64,000 bases of DNA from Cetorhinus maximus. Its lineage: Eukaryota. Positions 33,016 through 45,626 of this stretch are shown here, in pieces. Location of the stretch: positions 92,194,001-92,258,000 of the forward strand of contig NC_135898.1 in NCBI RefSeq assembly GCF_964194155.1, given 5' to 3'. A model generated the notes under the pieces. It was not told the DNA's origin. It ran no database searches and worked only from the letters and a program-made list of their open reading frames with translations. Positions within the stretch are counted from its first letter, which is position 1. Every line of letters starts with the position of its first letter. Position numbers and translations under genes: made by a program.

Positions 33016-36000
33016 AATAATTTTTTTAAAAACCCACTACACCACCCAGCCCTTGTACCTCTGGAACCTAATCCGAGTGATGCCTGATTGCCCTGGAAAA
33101 AAGCCAAGTGCGTTAGAAAAGGAAATTCTTTCAATAAATTCTAGCACAGCTAGCATGGCATTTGGTCACAGTGGCTTGGAGAATATGCCGGATTAAACAT
33201 ATAGGCGCAAAATATGTATCGCGTATTGCATCAATATTGCTGAGGTCGAGTTGTGTGTAATCCGACCAAACTCATAAATTTCCAGTTGTTCTAAACTTGT
33301 ACAACATGAGGTGGATAATTGCAGGTTCAATGCTGGACATGTTTTTGATAGATTGGCAGCTCCTTGCAAATCCTTGACTCCTCCCCAGCGAACACCAGGC
33401 ATCTATGACCGCCTGTCTTTCTCTATTTTTAAAAAAATACTTTTTCTGTTAAGCGTGATAGAAATTTGGAATCTGATTTATACATCTCAAGGTTTATATA
33501 AAGAGAGAGAAAGTCAGTTGATGTCAAAATCAACAGGAATCAAACAAAGCTGGGTTTTGGAGAAAGATAGGAGGAAGAGACCTTTGAGGGAAAACTAAAG
33601 AACTTTCAAGGTGTCAGGAAGGTTTGATAGCTCATTCATAAACTTCAAAGCTAACGAGCTATTGGCTGATCCTCACTCTCGGGTCCATAACACTGAAAGT
33701 GGGAAATATCCTGTCTGTAGCAGATCCCTCTAACACTCATTAAAAACTCTTGGTTCCCCAGTTCGAAAACTGTCTTCAGCCACCGCTTGCCATCATAAGC
33801 AATTTGTGAACTGAGATAACAATGTGAAATGGGAATCTCTGTCAGTGGCCAGAGTAAAAATAAATGGTCCAAACCTGGGGCTCTCTCTTTTGAGAAAAGT
33901 AAATCAATCTGCAGGAGCAATTCTTGATGACGATTGCACTCAGTATGCAACAGCGGGACGCAGGACTGGTAAAGATAACCCTGCGAGCAGTGGATGCAAG
34001 AGGTTAATTTATGTAATCTTAACAAAACACATTTTGACGAAGTTCCCCAGCACATCTCCACATGCAGGCCTCTTAAAGTGGCTCCTGGATTTGGATACTA
34101 CAAAAATTAGCCACTGAAACACAAGTCATGGGAGCAAAGGAACAGGAGGAGGCCATTCAGCCCCTCAAGCCTGTTCTGCAATTCAATTTGATCATGGCTG
34201 ATCCGCACCTTAACTCCATCTACCTACCTTTGTTCTTCATTCTTCAATAACGTTGCACAACTAAAAACTATGTGTGGAAGTCAGTTTTGAAATTTTCACT
34301 TGACCGCTCCCCACCCCCACCCCCAAACCCCACCCCCGCACCCCTGCACCACCACCCCACCGCCCCAAGTTTCAATAACTATTTGGGGAGCTCGGAATGT
34401 TGCAAATTTCCACTACCCTTTCACGTAAAAGGAACCACAGCAGAACTATGCCTAATGCCCCGAAATATCGGTTTGATACATGAAAATTCAAAACGTGCCA
34501 TGTTCCCCAATGCTACGTATCAATATCTTTTGACTGTTTTGACAGACGACACTTAAATTATTTTGTCAAGCTGTCATAATGGCTCACAACTTACAATCAG
34601 TCCCGTTATCCCTCACTGGGGGCACTAGATGAAGAGAGAGTCGCAAAACAGCACCCTGCGCTAGATGGAGAAAAAAGATTTCAGGTGGGGTGAGTCAGGG
34701 GGTGGGTGGGGCGGGAACGTAGGTGGGAGTGGGTTTGTGGTTTTAAGTACACAAAATGCGGATTTTATGCTTAAAAAAAGAAATAATTTCCAGGGCTTTG
34801 GGGAAAGAACGGAGGAGTTAGCTCGTCCAAAGAGCTGACATAAGCACGATGGACAGAAGGGCCTCTATATGTAACGTATGATTCCATGATCAGAAATCTT
34901 CTCAACAACACACACACACTTCAATGGCTATTTCCTCAACTTTGACCAATCTGGATCTCATAAGACTGTTGGGTGACCATTGAGAGGGCGACACCCAGCT
35001 CGGCTAGGAAGGAGACCTCGAGCTGAAAGGTCTTGAAGACAGGTGGGGTGGAAACAGGAAGCAACTAAATAAACGCTGGTTAGACAATGGTCAAACTCAA
35101 ATCTTAAAAGTTGGTCGGTTACAGTGGGAAAGAAAACTCGCAAGACGTAAGGAATCTCACTATTGGAATCAAGCTCCGCCGTTTAACAGCTGTTTAGGTT
35201 TGTATCTTTAACGGACTGATGTCCATAACCCAGCCCCTGGCACGCCTGCTGCTAAATCTGGTCTTCTTATCGTGCCAGTGGGCTGGTTGCTTCAGTGTTT
35301 TGCGGGTGTCTACTGCTGGGATAACTGAGCCAGATTTAGGAGCACAAATATTAGGAGCCAGCAGTCGAATGCCGAGGCTCAAAATCGAAATTAAGATGGC
35401 AGCCGTATAAAAGCAGTGTTAGGCAGAGCAGGGAACCATGCAGCCCAGTGGGGTGTACAGGGAGGAACAGGTCAAGGAACATGAGAAAAATGATATGAGG
35501 AGCACTGAGCAAAGCACCTTCTGAAGCAAAAAGAGACACATTTAAGCTGTGACTCATAGAATTTACAGTCCAGAAATACGTCATCTGGCCTGACTGATCC
35601 ATCCTAACATTTCTGCTTCGCCCCACAGCCTCCTCCACCCTACTTCACCAAACCCTATCTGCAAGTCCTTCTGTTCCTTTCTCTTTCGTGTACTTTTCTG
35701 CTTTTCCCTCAAAGGCATCCATGATTCCATTGGTCTGTAACTTGATGATGTCTCCCTTAATGAGAAGGTGACCATACCCGTGGACAATCTCCTAATGCCC
35801 TTTCTGCTGCGCACCTGCCCTTCTGTACGTGGCATTCTGGGACAGTGGATGGTAATGCCAATGCCGGTAGGTGTTACCGTTCAGTGCACCGTACCATGTT
35901 GTGTACAGCTGTGTGTGCTTGGTCACCTTTAATAGGAGTGGAGCTGCTCTGAGGGTTTGATGGGCTACATCACAAAGATTGAAGAGCACGGTCAAGAGGG

Positions 36001-37684
36001 TAGACACACAATGTAATGAATCATCATTGCTGAAGTCTCTTGTGGTATTACTGTACCACAGGCCAGTGTACCTGCCTGATTGTAATGGATAGTTTTCCCA
36101 AAGTTGTTAAAAGTTCAGAAGCATTCACTTGGAGGAGAATGGACTGTGATTGGGCCCTGGTGTGCATGAAAGCGTTTTTGAATCCCTTATGTTGCCTGAG
36201 CATTAACTGAACATTTTCAATTTACAAGTTAAATTTTAAGGCAAAATTATTGTCAATGATGTTATCATAAAATGTTTAAAGGGCATAGACCAAATTCCTC
36301 TCTTATTGTAATGGGGCCAATAACCCATTTACGATGAACAGCCAATGCTCTGTTAAAACGATTGAGAGGAATTTAGTGTAAACTTTTTAAACATTCATAC
36401 AGTAACATCACAGACTGTATCTTCTACCCTTTAATTAGGTATCCAGTTCTTTAGTTAGGATAGCCCAGGTTTTATCTCCTATCTTAGGCCATGCATGTTC
36501 TGTTCCTGGTTTCCTGTCAGCACCGCAGAGACACTATTGGGGTGCTATCCATTTCAAACACAGTGCACAGGGCGTGATGTAAAGGGTGCTTCCTGAATCA
36601 GCTGTTGCAAAGGTCCCATAAGCAGCTTCTCCAACTCTAGCCAGCCAATCTGCGCTCGGCAACCACACCCCAACCAGCGTTTTCCCTCTCTAACCATTCC
36701 AAATCGCTTAACGGCTGTATCCTTCCCAGCTGTTTAGGCCGACAAATCAGAGCCATATGAAATGGGCATCGCAACAGGAATCCACACCCAAAAGATGTCA
36801 GCTCACAGTTTTGCTGGAATTTGGGCCTCGAGACTTATCTGCAAAGTGATCTGCCAATGACAGGCAGGAACCGCTTTGGAGCTTGCCGGAGAGAGCCTCA
36901 GAAAACTCGAGAGGTCCTGCCGCTGAGCTGGCTCACAGTTTGGTGCTGGGAGTTGGGAGCAGGGAGTCGAACTAGATTGGGGGGGCAAGGTGGGCATGAA
37001 GCGGTCCACACAAATGCTGGGGGAGCCGTACATGGCCACCCTTGGCTTCACATTGTCGTAAGTAAGGTAAAATTCAACTTCCCTTTTGGGTGACAGCCTC
37101 CTGCAGCCCCTTTAAGAGCAGCTGGTTAGGTCACTGTATGAAGCATGTGTGTGATATGATCTAGCCAGTTTATGCCGGACTTGGGAGCAGAGTTCTAAAG
37201 AATAAGCATTTTCAAGGAGACTAATGCTTATTCTTGGTGGGTGCCCTGTCCAGGTAGCAGCTGACATAAACCAGGTAGGAGCAGAGGGAGATCTGGCCTG
37301 AGAGATTGATCTCCCCATCGTGCTAATATTTTTGCTCATAAATTAGCTGTGAAGGGGACCGAGTTTCTTGCTTGTTATCCACTCTCGGTAAATCTCCAGC
37401 AAGCCTCATGAGCCATTCACTGGATGCAGATTTGAAACCTGCATGAGCACCGATGTCAGCTGGATTCATCAGCTAGAGTTGGTTTGCTACCTGTCTCTGC
37501 GATCACTCCCTCATCAGCTGGTGCTCTCTGTTCTAACTAACTTGATTTTGCAGCATTTTCGATCATATGTCAGAGTGTTTGCTGGCAAGCTCTCCTCTGT
37601 CAGACACTGAACCATGTTTTGTAGGGGAGTATTGCTTTCCACAATTACAGTACATTGACAGCAACTTGTTCAGAAAGGGTCTAA

Positions 37685-38270
37685 ACCTAGGAATCGTGCG
37701 ACGAGTAACTCACCTCCTGACTCCCCAAAGCCTGTCCACCATCTACAAGGCACAAGTCAGGAGTGTGATGGAATACTCCCCACTTGCCTGGATGAGTGCA
37801 GCTCCCACAACACTCAAGAAGCTGGATGCCATCCAGGACAAAGCAACCCGCTTCATTGGCACCACATCCACAAACATTCACTCCCTCCACCCTCCGCACA
37901 GTAGCAGCAGTGTGTGTACCATCTACAAGATGCACTGCAGGAACTCACCAAGGCTCCTTAGACAGCACCTGCCAAACCCATGACCGCTACCATCTAAAAG
38001 GACAAGGGCAGCAGATACATGGGAACACCACCACCTGGAAGTTCTCCTCCAAGACACTCACCATCCTGACTTGGAAATATATCGGCCATTCCTTCACTGT
38101 CGCTGGGTCAAAATCCTGGAACTCCCTTCCTAACAGCACTGTGGATGTACCTACACCACATGGGCTGCAACGGTTCAAGAAGGCAGCTCAGCACCACCTT
38201 CTCAAGGGCAACTAGGGATGGGCAATAAATGCTGGGCCCAGCCAGCGAAGCCCACATCTAGTGAATGAAT
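37685..38270 (+). mobile_element. LINE family A 3' fragment
   Basis: LGIVRRVTHLLTPQSLSTIYKAQVRSVMEYSPLAW...HLPNP plus tail. Confidence 0.9.
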
Positions 38271-38574
38271 AAAAAAAAACGAAAAATAAAAAACAGTTAC
38301 TCTTCAGGAAGTCTCCCATGCTTATCTTGCAACTCTTAAAAACCCATTTACAATCCGCAGAGATTGGAGTTAAAGAAAGACCTGAAGAAGCTGACTTACA
38401 TTTATATAGCGCCCTTCCTTTCAGCCAATCGTGTCCTGATTGTAAAGTCATCGCTATTCCAATGTAGGAAACATGACAGCCAACTTGTGCGTAGCAAGCT
38501 CCCACAAGCAGCAATGTGATCATGACCAGATAGTGGCCGTATCTCCATGGAGGGGCAGTGAGAGTCGCATTGCC

Positions 38575-39640
38575 GCTCAGCCCCTAGTTTTTTTTAACCT
38601 TGAAATCCAACCGCTCCTTTCCCGGCCGACCTTCCGACTCCGGCCGGGTGAGAACAGTGCAGCGCAGCGAGTTCCCGAGGCCTTCTGTCCAGGGCAGCTG
38701 AGGCTGAGGGAAGGAAGACATGACGCTCGCTGCTGTAGAGCAGGGAAGTATAAAGGTCCAGCCACTTTCAGAAGCCAGGGTGAAGGTCAGTTTGTAAGGT
38801 ATGTGGGTAGGATGGGGCGGGGGTGGGGTGGATTGTTCAGTGGGACAGGTGCTCAGGGGAGGTGGTCATTGGGTGGGGGGGGGTTGGTCAGTTGGGGGGT
38901 GGTCAGTGTGGGGTCACGTGGTCGGGGGATGGTCAGTGGTGGGTGTCAGGTGGTCGGGGGGGTGATCAGTGAGGGGAGGTTAGCTGGGGGCAGTCAGTGG
39001 GGGAGGTCAGGTGGTCAGTGGGGTGGTCAGTGATGGGAGGTTAGTTGGGGGAAGTCAGTGGGGTGATCAATGGAGAGCGGTTGGTCAGAGGGGGAGGTGG
39101 TCAGTGGGGGGTTCAAGTGGCCAGGGAGTGGTCAGTAGAGGGGTGGGGAGGGCGGGTTACTTAGGCGTGTCAGTCGGGGGAGGGTAGTTGGGGGAAGGGA
39201 GGTGTAATCATGGGGAGAATAGTCGGGAGGGGTGGGGGGTTAGTCAGTAGGGGCAGTCGGGGGGAAGGTAGTCAGAGAGGGTGTAGCTGGGGGAGTGGGT
39301 CATCAGGGGGGTAGTCAGGTGTCCCTGATCAGGGCGTCCCATGGGGGGGGCCAGGGGAGTAGTTGGGGATGGGGAGGGCCATCGGGGTGTCCCTTGGCGG
39401 GGGCCAGGTGGGGTGGGGAGGTTAGTAGGGGTCTGGGTGGGGTAGTCAGGTAGGAGGTCAGTACTGTAGTTACCCTGGAGTTAGAAGTGGTTTAATTCTT
39501 CTAACTTTCTCTTGGTAACTGTTTCTGTGAGACAGTCAGAACCACCGGATGTCTGTGATTTAAATCGTACTTTCGAGTGGTCCCCAGTGCAGGGTAATTG
39601 CCCAAGGGAAGATTGAAGGCTGATACCCCAGGAGCTCAGA
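38575..39640. mobile_element. MITE-like element with internal G-rich low-complexity expansion (38810-39460)
   Basis: Right part is homologous to 7843-8340 (inverted). The interior is built from degenerate ggtggtcagtgggg units. Confidence 0.5.
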
Positions 39641-39654
39641 AGTGATGGGTCAAC

Positions 39655-39900
39655 CTGTTTTGTGATGTGGATTGAAGGATAAATATTGGTCAGGACACCA
39701 GGAATAAATCCCTAGCTCCTCTTCAAAATAGGATCTTTTACATCCACCTGAGAGGGCAGATGATCGAAGCCTCGGTTTAACATCTCAACCACTAGACGGT
39801 GCCTCTGACAGTGCAGCACTCCCGCAGTTCCACACTGATTTCTGTGGCTCAAGTCCAGGAGCCAGACTGGAACCCACAACCTTTCTGACTCAGAGGCCCA
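39655..39900 (-). mobile_element. DeuSINE (SacSINE1-like)
   Basis: gatcttttacatccacctgagagggcag...cctcggtttaacatctc...gacagtgcagcactccc...cccacaacctttctgactcagagg. Confidence 0.75.
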
Positions 39901-41931
39901 TGTGCTAATGTTAAACATTAATTTGGTTGCTAAACTATCCCCTCTCGAATGAGTAAAATGGTTGTGTTATTCCCTATTAATAATGTGTGATAGAGTTTTT
40001 GGTGAACTAAGATTCAGAATCAGTCTAAGGTAGCGCATCGTTGGTATTACTTGGGTTCTCCTGGAACTTAGGTTCGCCTATTGCCTTAATGCTGCTCCCC
40101 CCACCCCCACCCTCCCCACTCCTGCATAGTTGATGATTTGTTAGACAATGACAGCCTTCCAAAGCCAAGCAATTCATTTCCTCAAAATGGTAACTGGAAG
40201 ACGAAGGGGTTCAGGAGACAATTGAATGTGTTTCTTGAGAGATTTCTTGATTGTGTGATGGGATGAAGAAGTGATCTCTGAAAGAGGGGCAGGTTTAATG
40301 GGTTTCAATGACTTTTCTGGGTTTGTAAAACATTCGTGTTTCCTTCCATCGTTATGACTGTCAGGCCGCAGCTTGGCTGTTGCGTTAAAGGGTACGCAGC
40401 GTTGTGTAAGACGGGGCTCACGCGTTTAACGCTCCAACTACCTGTGTGGACTGGATGAAGCTGGGCCAACATTGAGTGCCAAGCAGATTGAGCCACCCGC
40501 CCTTGAGGATGCCCAACTCTCGCTGGGTCACATTCGCACAAGCACAAGGAGGCGCGAATTCGGAGCAGGAGGCGGCCATTCGGCCCCTCGAGCCTGCCCG
40601 GCTAGGATCGGGGCTGACCTGACCGTGGCCTCAACTCCACTTTCCTGTCTGCCCCCCCACAACACTTTTTAACCATGATCTCACAATCACGTGTACCCTG
40701 TCATTTTCCTGTCAGTTTAAACGAGTGGCATTCGTGTCTGAAATAGCCCTAATGGAAGCAGTGTCTGTTAGCCCCTGATTAGAAGTGTATCTCTGTAATA
40801 AATTGCGATGGTTACCTAAAAAGCATCCAAGATGACCGCGGGCAATTAGCTGCTCCACTTTGTTAATTCCATGGTATCGCGCTGACTGTATAACACATTA
40901 TAGTCATTTGTAAAATGAGGGGCAAACTGTTACATGGAGGTGCAACCACTGTGCTGTAAATATTCCTTACTATCAAATTGATTTCCTAGTGAGTGAAATA
41001 ATTACTTCTCAGCTCCAGTATCTGCCGTTGTGGGAATTACCTGTCAGACTTTCTTGCAATGTGTTCAAGCTTCCACACAACCGCTGGTGATAAATATCCC
41101 CAAGCTACATTTGAGCTTAAGTTGTGAGAATAAATGGGCCTGGAAATTGCCTCGTGAGTTATCCATAATCCATTTATATTCCTCCTCAAGATTGATTGAT
41201 TTTCAAATAGACAGTCTTTCTTTTTAATCGGGAGGCTCCTGATTACTTCGCTCCCCCCCCACCCCACCCCACCACCCACCCAACCACCCAACCCACCACC
41301 GTGCCTGCTTCCCGCCGCCCATGTTAAAATCAGTAGAGATTCGCAAATTAGACATGGGGACGGTTTTTTTTTTTGACATTGAAGGTTTTATTTCTAGGAT
41401 ATGTGAAGGTGATCACAATGTTTTGTGCTGCGTCTTAGAATTGAGCAGAGGATCATTTATGACTGGCATCAGCACTAGTTTACAAGGTAATAAACAGAAG
41501 ACGGCACTTGTTTGTTGGGATAATCTCTTTGATTCACGAGTGAGAGGGACCATGGGGTCCTTGGCAACGTCCAGACACCTGAGTTATTTGTATCTTCCCG
41601 AAAAGCGACACATAAGGTAATTGCAGCATCTGACAGACTGTCTGTCATAGAATCGAAGTAGGATACAGCACAGCAAGAGGCCACTCAGCCCATCATGCTT
41701 ATGTCGGCTCTTTGAAAGAGTTATCCAGTTGGTTCCACACCCCTGAAAATCAAACTTCAATTAAAAAAAAATTCCAATTTTACTTCACTGCTCTTCCTTG
41801 AAACGCAACGCTGAGAATTGACAGTGGCCATATTGCAACAACATCTTCCATTTATATAGCACTGCTACTGAAGTAAAATATCCCAAGGTGCTTCGCAGGA
41901 GTGTTGTCAAACAAAACTGGGCACCGAGCTC

Positions 41932-42156
41932 CAGGTACCAGGCCCCGTATCCAGGAAGCTCTGGACTGGCCGTGTGCTGGCTTTGGGGATTGTATGGATT
42001 TTGTGCGCTAGGCCCAGCGAGTGCTTATAATACATAAAATAAAGCATGAAAAGTAAAGAATAAAAGAGCTTTATTCAGATTGCTACCCAGGGCACCAGCT
42101 TCGAATGCAGCCGGTTTTCCAGATGTTGGGATGCCGGTTAAGGGGTTTGGTACCTG
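41932..42156. mobile_element. Tc1/mariner (Tigger/pogo-like) MITE inserted in an L2 tail
   Basis: Termini caggtaccaggccccgtatcc and ccggttaaggggtttggtacctg followed by TA. The left TA is not preserved. Confidence 0.55.
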
Positions 42157-42529
42157 TACTCGGGGAGATGGTGGGGAGACCTGGAGACCTTGTGGTGCAG
42201 AGGTAGTGTCCCTACCTTTGGGCCAGAATCCCTAGGTTCAAGTTCCTGTCAGGGCGTTGGCCACAGTTGGAGTGTTCCTGATGCGGTTCAATGGCTGACA
42301 CCTCAGCCTGCGAACCCTTCCACTATTCCCAAAGGGGAAGACGTACGTATGAGGAGATACTAAGGAGAAGCAGATGGACTGAAAGCTTGATCAAAAAGAG
42401 AGGCTTTAGGGAGGAGAGGGAGTCAGGGAGGGAATTCCAGATCACCTTCAGTTTGCGTGGATAGTGATGCAGTATGAAGATATTCTCTGCTGATTGAACC
42501 TGGTGCTAATCTTGCTAGTGGAAGGGTTT

Positions 42530-42875
42530 TTTCTTCATTCACGGGATGTGGGCATCGCTGGCTAGGCCAGCATTTCTTGCCCATCCCTAATTGTCCTTGT
42601 TCAAGGGGCATTTAGAGGTCAACCATATTGCTGTGGGTCTGGAGTCACATGTGGGCCAGACCAGGTGAGGACAGCAGATTTCCTTCCCTAAAGGGGCATG
42701 AGTGAACCAGATGGGTTTTTACAACAATCGGCAATGGTTTCATGGTCATCATCGACCTTTTAATTCTGGATTTTTATTGAATTCAGATTTCACCATCTGC
42801 TGTGGGGGGATTTGATTATTACCCCGGGTCTCTGGAATACTAGCCAGTGACAATACCACTATGCCACCGCCTCCC
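42530..42875 (-). mobile_element. tRNA-derived SINE with LINE A tail
   Basis: Reverse complement of the 6078-6425 family. Confidence 0.8.
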
Positions 42876-44424
42876 AGGGTACATTGAGTATATTCACTTT
42901 TTAGTCTTGGAGGCTGAGGGACCTGGATTTGAGGGGATAATACAAGAAGTCAGCACTTTGGTTATATTCACTGTTGGCTAAAGAGGCATTGGACATTGGA
43001 AAGGCTCCAGTTTCTAGACATGTCCTTGAGTTCTCCTACCCTAGTTTCACACTAAATACCACTCTTACAACAGTTGCAATCCCCTTCATCCTCGAAAAAG
43101 TTGAATTACATCTCACCTTCCAGACAGATCTTTTACCTTCTCTTCACAACTAGATCAACGAATGCCGGAAACACATTTGCCTTTTCCTGGCTGCATTCCA
43201 CAAATGCTCAACCTCATTGTGAGTAGGGAAATCAGAGCAGCCATTAATACTTCACATGTTGTTGTCTCATTTTACAGAATGTCACCATCGTTTTCCGGGA
43301 CCCCTTTCACTCATGAATTAAAGAGATTATCCCGACCAACGATCCCCTTCTGCTACTTATTATCTTGTAAACTGGTGCTGATGCCGGCCATAAATGATCC
43401 TCTCCTCCAATCAAAGGTGGCGTGAAAAACATCGTGATCACGTTCACATATCTTAACCTCTCAATCTTGACGCACATATTTTATGTGTTTTATTTTCATG
43501 TGCTGCACTCCAATTCAGTCTCCACATTTCCCAGAGTCACATACTCCTGTTGGCCTTGGGTTCTCTGAGCACCAACAAGACTCTGGTGCCCGGCTCGAGT
43601 GGCCTTTCATTCACAAATGAGCTTAGGCAGTAGATTTTGGCAAGTTATTTAACTTGGCGGGGGGTGTTATAACAACACTCAAACCTATTCTTACTCCATA
43701 TTCACACAAGGGCACTTTTTAGTAGAAATCACAGCCATTAGGAACAGCGACCCTGGGTGATAATCTTGTCCGTTCACCAGAACATTGAAGCCAATTGTCG
43801 CAACCCTGTCACTGCTCCAGGGTTGCTGAGTCAGGGAAAGAAACATGAACGCGGAGGCATTAGCCCTGCCCATTGGCTGGAAAGTCAGGGGTCAGCCCAC
43901 CCCCAGTGGCTTTGGAGGTCACAACCAGGTTTCACACTTGTTAGGCAAGTTTCCTGAGGTCATGGCTTCTGCGTCCACACCACCCCCTCCCCCCCCCACC
44001 CATCAACCCCTCCCCCTCTGAGGGAAAATGCCCCGACTCCAAGAGCTGCCAACCAACCTGGCGGCCGGCAGCTCTTCAGCGCCAGCAGCACCACCAGGGC
44101 ACGGTGGCCACGGCTGGAACTGCAGCCCGCCGTCCCCGACCGATGGAGCCTGGAGAAGCGGCTAAGTGGGCAACCTCCCCGGAGCCAGCCAGACAGGCCC
44201 CAGCGAGGGAGGGGGGGTGCGAGGATTGAGAGGCCAGTGGGAGCTATAGAATGGGGGCTGGGGGAAGCCTTCCATGGGGCATGATGCTCCACCCCATCTC
44301 ACCTGATTTTATGCCCCCACTCCCCCCCCACTTTCTGCTCCCAGGGATGTTGGAGTTGGTGGGGGTTCATAAAATTCTGGCTGATGTAGTACCATTAGGA
44401 TGTTCCAAAGTATTTCGACAGCAA

Positions 44425-44885
44425 CATCAACATCCATTTATATAGCGCCTTTCGTCTTTATGGAAGTAAAATGTTCCAAGCCTTTTACAGGACTGTTGCC
44501 ACACAAAATATGACACTGAACCACATAGATATTAGAACCGGTGACAAGAACCTTAATCAAAGATGTCAATCCTTTGGAATGGCTTAACTGAGGAGAGAGA
44601 GGTAGAGAGGTGCAGGAATGGTTAGGGTGGGAGCTCTGGGGCTCAGGTCTAGACAGCTGGAAATGTAACTGCCAGTGGCAGAGTGATAAAAATTGGGGAT
44701 GCGCAAGATGCCAGAGTTGGAGAAGTGCAGAGCTCTTGCAGGGTTTTGAGGCTGGAGGAGTTTATGGAAATAGGAAGGGGCAAAACCAAAGAGGGATTTG
44801 AAAAACAAAGATGAGAATTTTAAAATCAACGTGTTTCTGGACTAGGGGTCAATGTAGGTCAGCAAGCAGAGGGGTGATAGTTGAA
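44425..44885 (-). mobile_element. L2-type LINE 3' fragment
   Basis: ORF 44584..44829(-) reads FKILIFVFQIP-like / FGFAPSYFHKLLQPQNPARALHFSNSG across frames, plus tail catttatatagcgcct. Confidence 0.65.
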
Positions 44886-45274
44886 TGGGAAGGTGTCGGA
44901 AGATTTAAATATGATAGGGATAAAGACTTGTGGGGGGGAGATGTAGAGTAAAGGGTTAACATCAGAAGCACACGATGCTGATGTAATCATGATGTCAGAA
45001 CACATGGCAGAGAAGTGAGAGAGATCTGGAAGGAGGAGGAGGTCCAACCTCGTGTAGAGCTTCAAATGTGTAAATATTTGCTGTAAATAAAGAGTAATGG
45101 TATTTGAGAAACTCCAGGCTTCAGCAGCATACTTTGGGAGAATAGTCAATCCCCAAAACCCCTCTCTAGACCCCGACCACACAACAAAAAATAGGAAGGA
45201 GACATCGCAGAGTTATGAATGAGACCAGGTTTATGGAGGAGGGGAGACCAGATGGGAGAGAGCGTTCTGAAGAA

Positions 45275-45626
45275 TGAAGTACTTTTGAAGTGTAATCGCT
45301 ATTTTAATGTAGGGGACACAGCAGTTCATTTACGCACAGCAAGGTCTCACAAACACCATGATAATGTCCAGATTTTCTTTTGTTGATATTGGTTGAGTGA
45401 TGGACAGGGCACCAGGGAGAACGCCCCTCTTCTTCTTCAAACTCTTGCCAGCTAATAGTATAGGGTCTCGATTAACATTTCGTCTGAAAGATGGCATGTC
45501 CCTAACCGCAGTGTGTCCCTCAGTGGGGCGTCGGCCTTGGCCTTGATCTCCAAAAGCCTGGGGTGGAACATGAACCCACAACCTTCTGACTCAAAACAAA
45601 ACACTACCAAGTGAACCACGGCTGAC
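45275..45626 (-). mobile_element. DeuSINE (SacSINE1-like)
   Basis: Minus-strand head tcagccgtggttcacttggtag...tgagtcagaaggttgtgggttc, followed by the Deu-like core. Confidence 0.7.
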
